Part shown: piece by piece, positions 22,431 to 34,892 of the stretch
Layout: the number at the start of each line of letters is the position of its first letter
How positions within the stretch are numbered: the stretch's first letter is position 1
Origin: Naegleria gruberi
Lineage: Eukaryota
DNA length: 64,000 nt
Reading direction: 5' to 3' (one strand)
Assembly (NCBI GenBank): GCA_000004985.1
Contig: GG738901.1
Notes under the pieces: model-generated
Seen by the model: the letters and a program-made list of their open reading frames with translations, nothing else
Databases searched by the model: none
What the model was told of the DNA's origin: nothing
Made by a program: the position numbers and the translations under genes

Positions 22431-25400
22431 TTATAATATCAAAGTTTCACTAGTTGCCCCAACACTCAAAGTACTGATTGACGCAACATGGACAGTTTCA
22501 CTGTCTTCCTGTTGAGGTATCAAATTATCCTTGCTTTCCATTTTGTCTTCCGTATTACTATCATTTTCACTAGGGTTTTTCTCAGTGAAATCTGCTGTTT
22601 CATTGACACCCTCTTGAACTTCTGAGGTAAGAATTTCATTCTCTGCAGTCTTTTCAATTGAGATTTCTTGTGTTGGGAAATTGGAAGCATTGTCCTCTGG
22701 TGTAGTTTCTTGATCTTGGGGAGCTGATTGGTCCACATCGGAAACAATTGCTTCCACTTCTCCAATCGTAATAGGAATATCCTCTACTTTAACTTGATCA
22801 TTTTCCTCCTTTTCATTGTTGGTGTCTTCTATTTTAGTAGATACTTCATTCTCTTGTAGATTTTCAATTTTTTCAATTGGAGAGGCTATGTCTGAAACTT
22901 CGTTTGGAGCTTCTGGGTTAATAACTTCCTGAGATAATGTGTTTTCAATTGAATCCATTTCTGCTGGTAAAGTCTCTGGTATTGTTTCACTGACTTCTTG
23001 ATGTTGAGTAACAATTACTGGATCTGATTTCATTTCTTCAACATCACTAAATGTTAGTTGGCTAACATCTTCCACCAGAGTGACCTTCTCTTCAATTTCT
23101 TCGCTTTTATCTTCAGTCGAATTTAATATCGTTGGAGATTCTAAAATATTAGATTTGTTATCATTTGAGGAGTCTTGTTCTGTTGGACCCTGGGTAATGG
23201 TTTCATTCTCAGTCTTCTCTGGAGCAGTGAAATCTGAAGCAACTTTAACATTTCTCAAACCGCTTCCTTTCTTTAAACTAGCTCTAGCCTTTAATAGTGG
23301 ACTAAGGCTATTCTCTTCATCCAAATCCGAATAACTTTTAGATCTGATTGAGAGTTGTCTCTTCTTGAGGAAATCAACACTTTTAGTTGAAATTGGAGGT
23401 GTGGATGGTGTGGTAGGGGTGGAAGGTGTTGAGGGACTGCTTAGTGGACTAGATGGGCTGCTTGGACTCGATGGAGAACTGAGTATTTTGCTCTCTGACT
23501 GAATTCTCTTCAAGGTCAATGTACGCTTGAGAGCTTGTTGATTTTTACGTTCTTCCTTATCAAGATCATCTTTTGCCTTCTTGAAATGGTTAATGAAATC
23601 CTTTACAATAATTAAAAGAGGATCTCCAGGTAAAGACAGTGCCTCATCTTCTGTAGGATTAAAGTGGAAAAAGTCGCATGCCATCTTGTAGCTATTGTTC
23701 AACTTTTCAAAAAGAGATTCTACTTGTGAGACAGATTCGTTACATTTTGATAGGAAACTACTAAAGTTTGCCTCAATCTTGTGATTCTTCTCCTTTTTCT
23801 TGATGGTATCAATGTCTGGTTTCTTTGATTGAAATAATTCTCTTACATCTTGAATTTCTTTCAAATCTTGTTGAATAATATCCAATTTTATATTGAATAT
23901 GTCTGAACTACAAACTCCATAAGATTCAAGTTCAACTTCAAAATTAAATAATTCACTCTTTTCATTCTTTAAGGTTTCTGCTAAAAAATGAACCAGGGTT
24001 GTTTTAGGATTAATACTTGACTTGGTATCGCTCAACTTGGGTAAAATGTTCAAGTGGAAACCCTGAGCTTCTTCCAGTTGTGCTTTACCTCTGTTCATAT
24101 AATTACCTACTTTCAGCAACATGTGCAAAAGTTTTACGAATGACTTTGAATTCTGCAAATTATCTACAGTGTTCAATTTTGCAGTAATGGTGTCACTAAT
24201 TCTTGTTGTGTCAAATGTTTTCATGTGTTGCATGAGTTGAAGTCTAGTTGGTAGTATTGAAATTTCAGCCAATTTCCATGTCCACAATAAAGAAGGTCTT
24301 AGATTGTCAAAATACTTCTCCACAACCTCTTTCTTCTTTACAATTTCCTCAGTAGCTGGAACAAATTGAGAAAGTCCCTTAATTTGATCAATCGTCAAAG
24401 ATTCAACATTCATAGTATTGATTGCATCCAACAATGTTTTCAACTCGCAATATTTAAAAAGACCATTCACCAAAATTTCTAAATTTCTTGCCAATGATGA
24501 ATCAATAATGGTGTTCAACTCATCATCAATGGCTTTCTTTGGATTTTTAACTTTGGTTGAAGGAGAAGAAGTCTTTTTTGCAGAAAACAAATTGTCCAAT
24601 TTTTCAAAGATGGCTTTTTGTTCTTCATCCATTTCTTCGTCCTCATCTTCCAAAACCCAAACTGATTTAACCTTGTCTTTAGTATTTCTAATTGGTTTCC
24701 AGTGGATGTTCTTGGTCTTGGAGACCTCTTTTTTGACTTTTGGTTTCAAGAACCCTCCTGGTGGAGGTGGAACACCAGGTGGTGGAGGAATTCCACCCAT
24801 CATTGGAGGTGGTGGAATGCCAAATGGTGGAGGTGGAATAGTTACCTCAACAGGAGGTGGAGGCAATGTTATGAGAATAGACTTGGGATCTATAATTTCG
24901 AATGGATATTTGGGCAGAGCATCTAAATAGTAAATGTCACCATCAAAGTAAAATTCAGGTCTAGTCTTGTTTGAGAAGAGATTCAAAATCACTTTGAGGT
25001 AGTCTGGTTCTTCTTTTTGGAGTGGATTTTCAACCAGAGTCAATGCCTCCAAATTATCGAAGTAGGTCAAGGGATAAATCTGATTCCACTCTAGAATGTT
25101 ATTTCCGTGAAGATAGACCTGCTTCAACTTATCCTTATCACATGCCTGTAGGAGACCTATTACATTTTCCAAGTAATTGTTAGAAACATCCGCTATTTCC
25201 AAGTTAGGTAATTTAACAACTGAAAAATAATCTAAATTTTCCAGTAAATTAAAGCTTAGATCCAATACTGTAAGATTTACGGTACATATTGAATTATTCT
25301 TTGAGAATTTGATGTTAGAGATTGAATTGTGTTGCAGACAAAGATCAGCCAAGTTTGGTACATTCACACCAGGTAGCAATATTTTGTCAACGTTTGTTTT

Positions 25401-26240
25401 GGTCAACTTGAAATTCTTTAAATTCTTCCATTCCCTATTTTCCTTAAATATGGAATTGTTAATCTCTGCAATTTCGCAATTTTCTATAGACAAGCCCTCT
25501 GTGTGTTCCAGAATTGATTTTCCGAAGCAATCATCATTCTCCATTTTCGAAATTAATTGTGGGCAATCAATGAATATTAACTTATTAGTTTGTGAGTTGA
25601 CAATTTTATCGAACGAGTCAACAATTACATTCCTGTAGAAGGTAATTTGTTTGAGCTCATTAGAGTTTAAAATTGATCCCAAATTAAAAGTACAAGTTGT
25701 AGATTTTCCAGTTATTCTAATCTCTTTCAAGTAGTGGAAATAACTCAAATCTAATGTAATCTTCTCGCTTTCAGTTAAATGTTCAAATCTCCTCACTTTT
25801 TTGTAAAATATTTCAATACTCGAAACTATAGTTTTAAACTTGTTCATTATTATCTCCAAGTCATTATTCGTCACTTGGATTGTATCATAGCTATTTACAA
25901 TATTATCTATAATCCACTTTAAAATTTTGTTCTGATTGGCCTCCCTTTTTTGGGTTACCTCGAAATCTGCCAATTTTTCATTTAACTTTTCCAAATGGTA
26001 TGTTGATAGTGAAACAATCGTTCCATTATCATATAACTCTTGTTCGCTATTCGCCTGTTGAAGGTAGAGTGCCAGTAATTTAATGACTTTATCAGAGGCA
26101 TGACAATGTTTTCTATTCGCAGATGTATTCATCACAGTTGTTGTTGTGATGAAGGAATTCATTGTTGACTCGGATGATAAATCATCAATATTGGCCCTAG
26201 AAGTGACACTCTTCCTTATAATTGCATCATTTATGTTCAT
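22431..26240 (-). CDS. formin with N-terminal leucine-rich repeats (LRR-FH1-FH2), 1269 aa, single exon
   Basis: ATG at 26240. N-terminal LRRs (LTVLDLSFNLLENLDYF, LPNLEIADVSNNYLENV ...), an FH1 proline tract (IPPPPFGIPPPPMMGGIPPPPGVPPPPGG) and an FH2 with the hallmark GNYMN plus KTTLVHFL. The C-terminus is Ser/Thr/Glu/Pro-rich low complexity. Confidence 0.85.
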   Translation of the reverse strand: MNINDAIIRKSVTSRANIDDLSSESTMNSFITTTTVMNTSANRKHCHASDKVIKLLALYLQQANSEQELYDNGTIVSLSTYHLEKLNEKLADFEVTQKREANQNKILKWIIDNIVNSYDTIQVTNNDLEIIMNKFKTIVSSIEIFYKKVRRFEHLTESEKITLDLSYFHYLKEIRITGKSTTCTFNLGSILNSNELKQITFYRNVIVDSFDKIVNSQTNKLIFIDCPQLISKMENDDCFGKSILEHTEGLSIENCEIAEINNSIFKENREWKNLKNFKLTKTNVDKILLPGVNVPNLADLCLQHNSISNIKFSKNNSICTVNLTVLDLSFNLLENLDYFSVVKLPNLEIADVSNNYLENVIGLLQACDKDKLKQVYLHGNNILEWNQIYPLTYFDNLEALTLVENPLQKEEPDYLKVILNLFSNKTRPEFYFDGDIYYLDALPKYPFEIIDPKSILITLPPPPVEVTIPPPPFGIPPPPMMGGIPPPPGVPPPPGGFLKPKVKKEVSKTKNIHWKPIRNTKDKVKSVWVLEDEDEEMDEEQKAIFEKLDNLFSAKKTSSPSTKVKNPKKAIDDELNTIIDSSLARNLEILVNGLFKYCELKTLLDAINTMNVESLTIDQIKGLSQFVPATEEIVKKKEVVEKYFDNLRPSLLWTWKLAEISILPTRLQLMQHMKTFDTTRISDTITAKLNTVDNLQNSKSFVKLLHMLLKVGNYMNRGKAQLEEAQGFHLNILPKLSDTKSSINPKTTLVHFLAETLKNEKSELFNFEVELESYGVCSSDIFNIKLDIIQQDLKEIQDVRELFQSKKPDIDTIKKKEKNHKIEANFSSFLSKCNESVSQVESLFEKLNNSYKMACDFFHFNPTEDEALSLPGDPLLIIVKDFINHFKKAKDDLDKEERKNQQALKRTLTLKRIQSESKILSSPSSPSSPSSPLSSPSTPSTPTTPSTPPISTKSVDFLKKRQLSIRSKSYSDLDEENSLSPLLKARASLKKGSGLRNVKVASDFTAPEKTENETITQGPTEQDSSNDNKSNILESPTILNSTEDKSEEIEEKVTLVEDVSQLTFSDVEEMKSDPVIVTQHQEVSETIPETLPAEMDSIENTLSQEVINPEAPNEVSDIASPIEKIENLQENEVSTKIEDTNNEKEENDQVKVEDIPITIGEVEAIVSDVDQSAPQDQETTPEDNASNFPTQEISIEKTAENEILTSEVQEGVNETADFTEKNPSENDSNTEDKMESKDNLIPQQEDSETVHVASISTLSVGATSETLIL

Positions 26241-26792
26241 TCAGTAATAATACTAGAAGAAAACTAATGTTATGATGATGATAGAGCACTCTCTGTGGTG
26301 TCAATATTATAATCAAGAAATGTCTTCCGAACCAACAAATGATTGACTGAAGTTAATTTCTTGATGTAATTGTGAAGTACTAGTAGAGACTATTTTTATG
26401 ATGAAGAATAAACAACTTGGTTTTTGATTATCATAACGAGATGATCGGCTTCCAGCATTATGATGATAATTGATGAGAACTCAACCGAACAGCCTTTTCG
26501 CTTGGAACCTCTCTCACACAAAGGAATATTAAATCCCTTCAATTCTGTGCAGACCTTCACCTTATTCCTCTCAAATCGTTCATTCAGCCTATTTATAAGT
26601 GTTAAGTGTTTTTCTTCCTTAGAGATGCTATTTTTAGAACATAGTTTCCCTCCTAAAGAATTCATGAGATGGCATTTGAAAATCCATCTTCCACTGAACT
26701 CTAAAGAATTCTGTGTTCTGGCTTGTAGTTAAACGGGCAGATATTCCCCTGTTTATATCAATCACAAGGCAGAAAAAAACAATATTATTGAA

Positions 26793-28367
26793 ATGTTTGG
26801 GAGAATCAATGAGCAAGGCTCTAATACAAGTGGATTCACCTTTTTATCAAATACTTCACAACCAACAACTACTCAACCATTTAGCTTCGGTTTTGCAGAT
26901 TCTGATGATGGGGACGAGTCACCACTATCAGCCACTACAGAAATAGACTTTGCAAGTAAGTAATAGTTTCACAATCCGCAAGCTCAACAACAGCACAATT
27001 GAGCATTAGATCAGTTAGCATCAAGTTATTCCAATGAAGCAACCAATGGAGCATCTAGTCAAACTGGTACTACTTCTGGTGGATTCAACTTTGGATTCAC
27101 TCCATCACAACCAGCAACCACTACTCAAACTGGATTCAATTTTGGAACAACTGCAGAAACATCCAATTCTACACAATCTTCACTTGTTGGCAATTCAACA
27201 ACTCAATCTCAAACAAGTAATTTCAGTTTTGGAGCAAAAACACAACCACCATCACAACTAGCCATTACTTCTACTGGATTTGCCTTTGGTACTACTCAAT
27301 CAAAACAAAGTGGATTAACCCCTTTTAGTACAGCAAATACTGAGCCAACAGTTCGTTTCTCTTTTGGACCCACCAATCTTTATGGCTTTATAACCATTCC
27401 AAAATATGGTGGTTATCAAAGTAATGATTTCCATGATTTAAATATTGAAATTTATGATGAAAATGGACTTTTTACTACAATCAAGACTCATAGAATCAAA
27501 GTTGGACTAAATGATGGATTATTATCTCAATTGGTAAGGGCTTGTACCAAGAAAAATGACATGTTTACCTTAGAATTAGCAACATCTTTCATTCCAGAAA
27601 CAAAGTTTGGAAGAATCAAAGCCATTGCTTTACAACATGCTATCAGTTCCTATATTGAATCATCCAAGGTAAAGGCAGAAGATATTTTCCAAGTTATGCT
27701 TGTTATGGATTACTTTGGCATTCCAACATTCCAACCCTTAGTCTCTCACCTTGAGTCAACCTTTAAAGATTCTGAATTCTGTGCTCGTGCTTATCTCGGA
27801 AGTTTCAACAATTTCTTTTCGACCTATTCGCTCCCTCAATCTTCTTCCTTCTTTTCCTTATTTAGAACTGCATTCAACATTTTAGTAAATGGAAAGGAGC
27901 TCGAAAATCGAACAGCTATCAAAGAATTGAACAGACAATTATTTGAAACTCAACTCAAAAAGTCGGTCACTGCAACAGAGTTACCACATATTTTGAGTGC
28001 TATTGAAGTTTGGATTTTACATAACTTTTCTTCGTTGAATGAGACACTGTCCTATCAAATTTGCAGTGTACTGGACAATCTCCAAATCAATCAAATCCAA
28101 ACCATTGTAATGATGATTCAGTTACTAACTTGTAATTCTCCACAATTTTATTTTATTAACTCAATTAGTCCAGAATGGAAATTGAAACTCATTAACAAGT
28201 ATGCTAGTTGCCAGCCAGTCCAACCACAAACTCAATCAACTCCAATACAACCACAACCACAACCACAACCACCAACTCAACAAACTCCACCAGTACAACC
28301 TCCGAAGCAAAATTTCAACCCTCCTCCACAACAATACATTCTACAAACCCCTGGCAAGGGATTTTAA
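26793..28367 (+). CDS. FxFG-repeat nucleoporin-like protein with an uncharacterised C-terminal helical domain; join(26793..26955,27010..28367), about 506 aa
   Basis: Exon 1 contains FSFGF. A GTAAGT donor at 26956 and a TAG acceptor at 27009 restore the frame. Exon 2 has repeated FNFGF, FNFGT, FSFGA, FAFGT and FSFGP motifs, then a structured C-terminal region and a PQ-rich tail. Confidence 0.6.
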
Positions 28368-28417
28368 TAAAAACTTCCTTGTTAGCAAAAATTGAACTAC
28401 ATTTATTCAGTAATCAC

Positions 28418-29497
28418 CTAGAGTTTTGATTTTCTATTTACGAATGCCTTGGCTCCCTTAACTGTTTCAATATTAAGAGCAGTAAGACCAAGCTCATATT
28501 CTCTTTGAAGCTTTTCCTTCATCGATTTTCCGCTATAAGCTGCTTCAAGGGCTGAAGTTTTATCATTTCTCATACAAAGTTGTGGGAATACACATAATTG
28601 GTTAGCCAACTTCACAGCACAATCCAATACATTTTCATCCTTAGAAATTATTCTATTGATAAGGCCAATTTTATGTGCTTCCTTTCCATCAATTTCTCTT
28701 CCTGTCAAAATCAAGTCCATAGCTCTGCTCAATCCAATTAAAGTTGGTAAACGAATTGAACCTCCATCAATTAATGGAACACCATAACGTCTACAATTGA
28801 CACCAAATATCGAATTGGTCTTACAAACTCGTAAATCACACCAACAAGCAAGTTCCAAACCACCTGCAACACAGTAACCTCCTCCAATGGCAGCAATAAC
28901 TGGCTTGGATAAGCTCATTCTAGTTGGGCCCAGAGGTCCTTTTGCTGTTTTAGTTACTGGCTCAACTTGATTCAAATTTCCTTCCGAAACAGCTTTAAGA
29001 TCTGCCCCTACACAAAAATCAGTCTCGGAACCATATAATATAGCAACACGTGCATTTACATCCTTTTCAAAATCAAAGAATGCTTGATAAAGTTCATCTG
29101 CTGTTCTTCTATCAATTGCATTCTTCACCTCTGGGCGTTGAATTTTAATAATTTGAATTGTTCTATCAGATAAAAACGACACTGAAATATTCTTATAATT
29201 ATTCTTCGGAGCAAGTGGATGTTGTTTATAAATACTTCCACTATTATGATATTTAGTATGATGGTGAGAAGTGAAAATATCTTCCGATGCTAAAAGGCTT
29301 TCATCTTGCATTGATGTTTTCATCTTGAAAATTGATGGTGTTGTTGAAGATGAATTATTTCTTCTTGTTGTTGTAGAATTTGCTGCAGCTGATGAAGATG
29401 AAGAAGATCCATTGCTGCTACACTCATTCACCGATACTAATAACATTGTTTCATCTTGTTGTTCTCCGAGTTTTTGTGGGAGAAACGAGAGACGCAT
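28418..29497 (-). CDS. enoyl-CoA hydratase/isomerase (crotonase) family protein, probably peroxisomal (C-terminal SKL), about 359 aa
   Basis: Crotonase core IKIQRPEVKNAID...AILYGSETDFCVGADLK...IAAIGGGYCVAGGLELACWCDLRV, and a C-terminal -SKL PTS1. The likely start is the ATG at 29497 (MRLSFLPQ...) with a Ser-rich N-terminal extension; the ORF-track start is a TTG. Confidence 0.8.
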   Translation of the reverse strand: MRLSFLPQKLGEQQDETMLLVSVNECSSNGSSSSSSAAANSTTTRRNNSSSTTPSIFKMKTSMQDESLLASEDIFTSHHHTKYHNSGSIYKQHPLAPKNNYKNISVSFLSDRTIQIIKIQRPEVKNAIDRRTADELYQAFFDFEKDVNARVAILYGSETDFCVGADLKAVSEGNLNQVEPVTKTAKGPLGPTRMSLSKPVIAAIGGGYCVAGGLELACWCDLRVCKTNSIFGVNCRRYGVPLIDGGSIRLPTLIGLSRAMDLILTGREIDGKEAHKIGLINRIISKDENVLDCAVKLANQLCVFPQLCMRNDKTSALEAAYSGKSMKEKLQREYELGLTALNIETVKGAKAFVNRKSKL

Positions 29498-29757
29498 TTT
29501 TTTTTCTTTTCTTTTTGACTTCCTATTTAGGACCTTGGGTAGATGGATTTGGAAAAATATTAAGGGAAGAAAAAGTTGAGAGAATTGAGGATTGTGGAAT
29601 GAGTGGATGGAAGTAGATGTGGTGAGGAAGATGTGGTGAAGAGAGGATTGTGAATGGTTCAGTAATTGATGAGATTTCCAAGCAATTTGGTCAATTAGAT
29701 TTTTTTTCAAAAGCTCAATTAAAGTATTTCCTTGTCAAATATCGTGAAAGATTTTTT

Positions 29758-31983
<2,226 letters not shown>

Positions 31984-32394
31984 TATGCTAGATTCTCACA
32001 ACAATAATTGCAATTAGTAATTCGAAAGTGGAAGAATGTCGAACCTAATCACCACTCTTTTTTTTAAAAATGATTTTTGACGGAATAAAAGAAAAGTCAA
32101 GATGTGCGATTGTTTTCGTTCTAAATGACGTTGACTTGACCGTTGGTGGATTGATATTTCCTGAATAATAAGTTTAGAATATTTTGTTCGAAACGTGGGA
32201 GAGAAGGTTTTTGAATAAGGTATGTTTATTATTTTTGAGGTTTTGATAAGGGTACTAGGACAAAGGCTATGTAAAAAGAAGGTGAATAGCGTTCGGGGCA
32301 ACATTATGCGAATGATTCGGTTTAGAATAAATGTTATTGTAAACACATTGTGAGCTTTGCAACTTTACAATGCACTCACTCCATCAATAAAAAA

Positions 32395-32640
32395 AGTGAC
32401 AGAAGTTTACAGGTTGACCTTTTTTCACAGCAATCCAATCTACCTAACTTCTGCCACCCAGTAATATCTATTATATTTCTAATTGTTTGTTTGCCGAATA
32501 GATTGCTGAACAAGTTTCACTGGATGTCATTTCCTATATATTTAAAAAGAATTGTGAGGGAAATATTTTGGTTTTTCTAATTTTTTGATCAGTTTCTTTC
32601 CAAATTGAACTTTCTTAATAACAAGTTTGTCATTCAATAC
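32395..32640 (+). repeat. dispersed ~250-300 bp repeat, copy A (divergent, with an internal replacement)
   Basis: Shares AAAAAAGTGACAGAAG..TTTTCACAGCAATCCAATCT..TTCTGCCACC..AATTGTTTGTTTGC(T/C)GAATAGATTGCTG..ATATTTTGGTTT..TTTCTTTCCAAATTGAACTTTC with copies at about 40365 and 45365, in the same orientation. It lies about 120 bp upstream of the first 5S gene. Confidence 0.6.
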
Positions 32641-32759
32641 AATAATAAGGATTGACATCTAACTAAAATTCATAAAGTAATGTTCATGAGGGCATTACAA
32701 TTTTTATTAAGGAATGTAGGGAGTCAATTATTTATAATGTGAATTTTAAGTAATGGAAT

Positions 32760-32879
32760 GGCTACGGCCATATCACGATGAATGCACCTCATCCAGTCCG
32801 ATTTGAGAAGTTAAGCATCGTCGAGCCACATCAGTACTGAGGTTGGAGACAACTTGGGAACCTGTGGTGCTGTAGTCTT
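32760..32879 (+). rRNA. 5S ribosomal RNA gene (copy 1)
   Basis: GGCTACGGCCATATCACGATGAATGCACCTCATCCAGTCCGATTTGAGAAGTTAAGCATCGTCGAGCCACATCAGTACTGAGGTTGGAGACAACTTGGGAACCTGTGGTGCTGTAGTC matches the universal 5S layout (GGCCATA..., CCGATCTG/AAGTTAAGC, GTACT..GGGAGA.., GGTGCTGTAG). It is followed by a T-run (CTTTT), a Pol III terminator. Confidence 0.9.
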
Positions 32880-33411
32880 TTGCATTTTACCATCCATCTT
32901 CTATTTTTTAACAGAACGAGAAATCATACCAGATGAATCCTCACAGTAAAAAATGGAGAAGGATGGCAATACTGGATTCTTACTAAAACAGAAACTCGTT
33001 AATAATTCAATAATGTTGAAATGAAGTTTCAATTTCGAATTATAAGAATATATGAAACCAAAATTTGCACCAAGCAATACAGCTTGCCAAATGTTCAATA
33101 AATACAATTGGTCCAACCTTTTCAATTCTTCAACAAAACCTTACTGAACCAACAAGATTCTGTCTTCGTTGCCTTCACTGTTCATACAGTCAAAGACTGT
33201 AGCGGGATTGTTGCCATATTCCTGGCAGGCTTCCCGTCCAAAATAATAATTGAAATGTTATATGGCCTTAATATTTATTTATCCAAGTGTGCAATTATAA
33301 ACTTAATCAAGGAACATATGAGGATACTAAGGAAGAATGTAACAGAAATAGTGACATGAAACTCATTTATTTCATAATGTTTCAAAAGAATTGTTTTCCC
33401 GAATTATTCCA

Positions 33412-34528
33412 TTAATTTAATTTAAACATTCCTTGAATTTCCTTGGCAGAGTAGGCTCCTTCTAAAATCTTCTTCTCCTCTTCAGTCAATTGAATTTCCA
33501 ATGCTTGAACATTGAGCTCAACATTAACAGCCTTTGTTGCACCAATTACTGGACTTACAACTCCAGGCTTGGAAAGCAACCAAGCAAGTGCAATTTGAGC
33601 TGGAGAAACGTTTCTCTTCTTGGCAATTTCTGAAACTTTTCTCAAAGTTTCCTTATCACCTTCAGTCAAATTGCCCTTAAATATGGTTTGAACAATATCA
33701 CTATTTTGTCTCTTGGAACCATTTTCAGCAGTTTCGGTTGCATTCTCCTCAGCATTGACAAAATCATGAGCGCGAGCTAACATTCCATTAGAAAGTGGTC
33801 CCCAAGGAGTGAGTGAAACTCCTTGATCAACACACAATGGATTCATTTCTCTCTCCTCTTCTCTATAGATGAGATTGTAGAGATTTTGCATGGAAATGAA
33901 TTTAGTCAATCCCTTCTTCTCAGCATAATGTTGAGCTTTGGCAAATTGCCAAGCAAACATAGTAGAGGCACCAATGTATCTGACCTTGCCAGATTTAACC
34001 AAATCATGGAGAGCTTCCATGGTTTCTTCAATTGGTGTTTGTTCATCCCAACGATGGACAATGTACAAATCAATGTCTGTTTCAATTATTCATTTCAAAT
34101 CACAAGAAGAAATTCAGAAAAAACTTACAATCAAGACCCAATCTTTGCAATGAATCATCAACTGCATGCATAATGTGCTTTCTGGAAAGACCCATGGTAT
34201 TTGGTTTGCCTTGATTACCAACCATAATGAGCTTTTGTTCACCAGAATGATCCAATGGTCCACAAACTTTGGTTGCAACCACAATTTCCTCTCTTGGAAT
34301 GTTGAATTCCTTAATGAACTTGCCCAAAATTCTCTCACTTTCACCATTAGAATACATATCAGCAGTATCAAAGAAATTAATGCCCAAATCCCATGCCTTC
34401 TTCAAAATTCTTAATGATTCCTCTTCTTCCAAAACCCAAGGAATCCACTTGGAAGATCCAAAGCTCATGCAACCCAAACAAAGTTGAGAAACCTTCAAAC
34501 CACTTTCACCCAAATTGACGTATTTCAT
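33412..34528 (-). CDS. aldo-keto reductase family protein; complement(join(33412..34076,34129..34528)), 354 aa
   Basis: MKYVNLGESGLKVSQLCLGCMSFG...FFDTADMYSNGESE, then QRLGLD|YIDLYIVHRWDEQTPIEETMEALHDLVKSGKVRYIGAS spanning a 52-nt GTAAGT..CAG intron. The nucleotide-binding block IGATKAVNVELNVQAL follows. Confidence 0.85.
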
Positions 34529-34892
34529 ATTGTATTGACTTGCTATTGAGAACTGTTAGTTGTGCAGATAGAATTAAATTCAAAAACTAGTTGTGAATTT
34601 GTTTTTTTGTGTTTGGAATGAGAGTTTGGTTTCAAAGCCAAAATTTAAACAGAAAATTTATACTTTTAATTCTGCGCGCATGATTCTGGTTGATTTGTGC
34701 TTATATTTGAACGAGCAGAATTATGATCATTATTGAAAGAAGTGGAACTACAAACACGATTCAAAAGATCCTAATAATCACGAATCTTGAGCTTGGAAAG
34801 ATCATCCATCCAAATGATATTTACACCATGTTGACTTTTTGATGCTGATACCATTACATTTGAAAGTAGTTCACTTTCCAGTTCAAAAAAAA

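Noticed and set aside
24418-24930. Plus-strand ORFs 24418..24930 and 24702..24926 (poly-Gly / Trp-Arg-rich)
   Set aside because: They lie antisense to the formin FH1 poly-proline region (CCA/CCT repeats read as GG/TGG on the other strand); a classic antisense artefact.
32350-32580. ORF-track ORFs inside the dispersed repeat copies (32350..32580 +, 40381..40578 -, 45352..45591 -)
   Set aside because: The three copies are in the same DNA orientation, yet the ORFs are on different strands and frames and are interrupted differently; this is a non-coding repeat, not a conserved protein.
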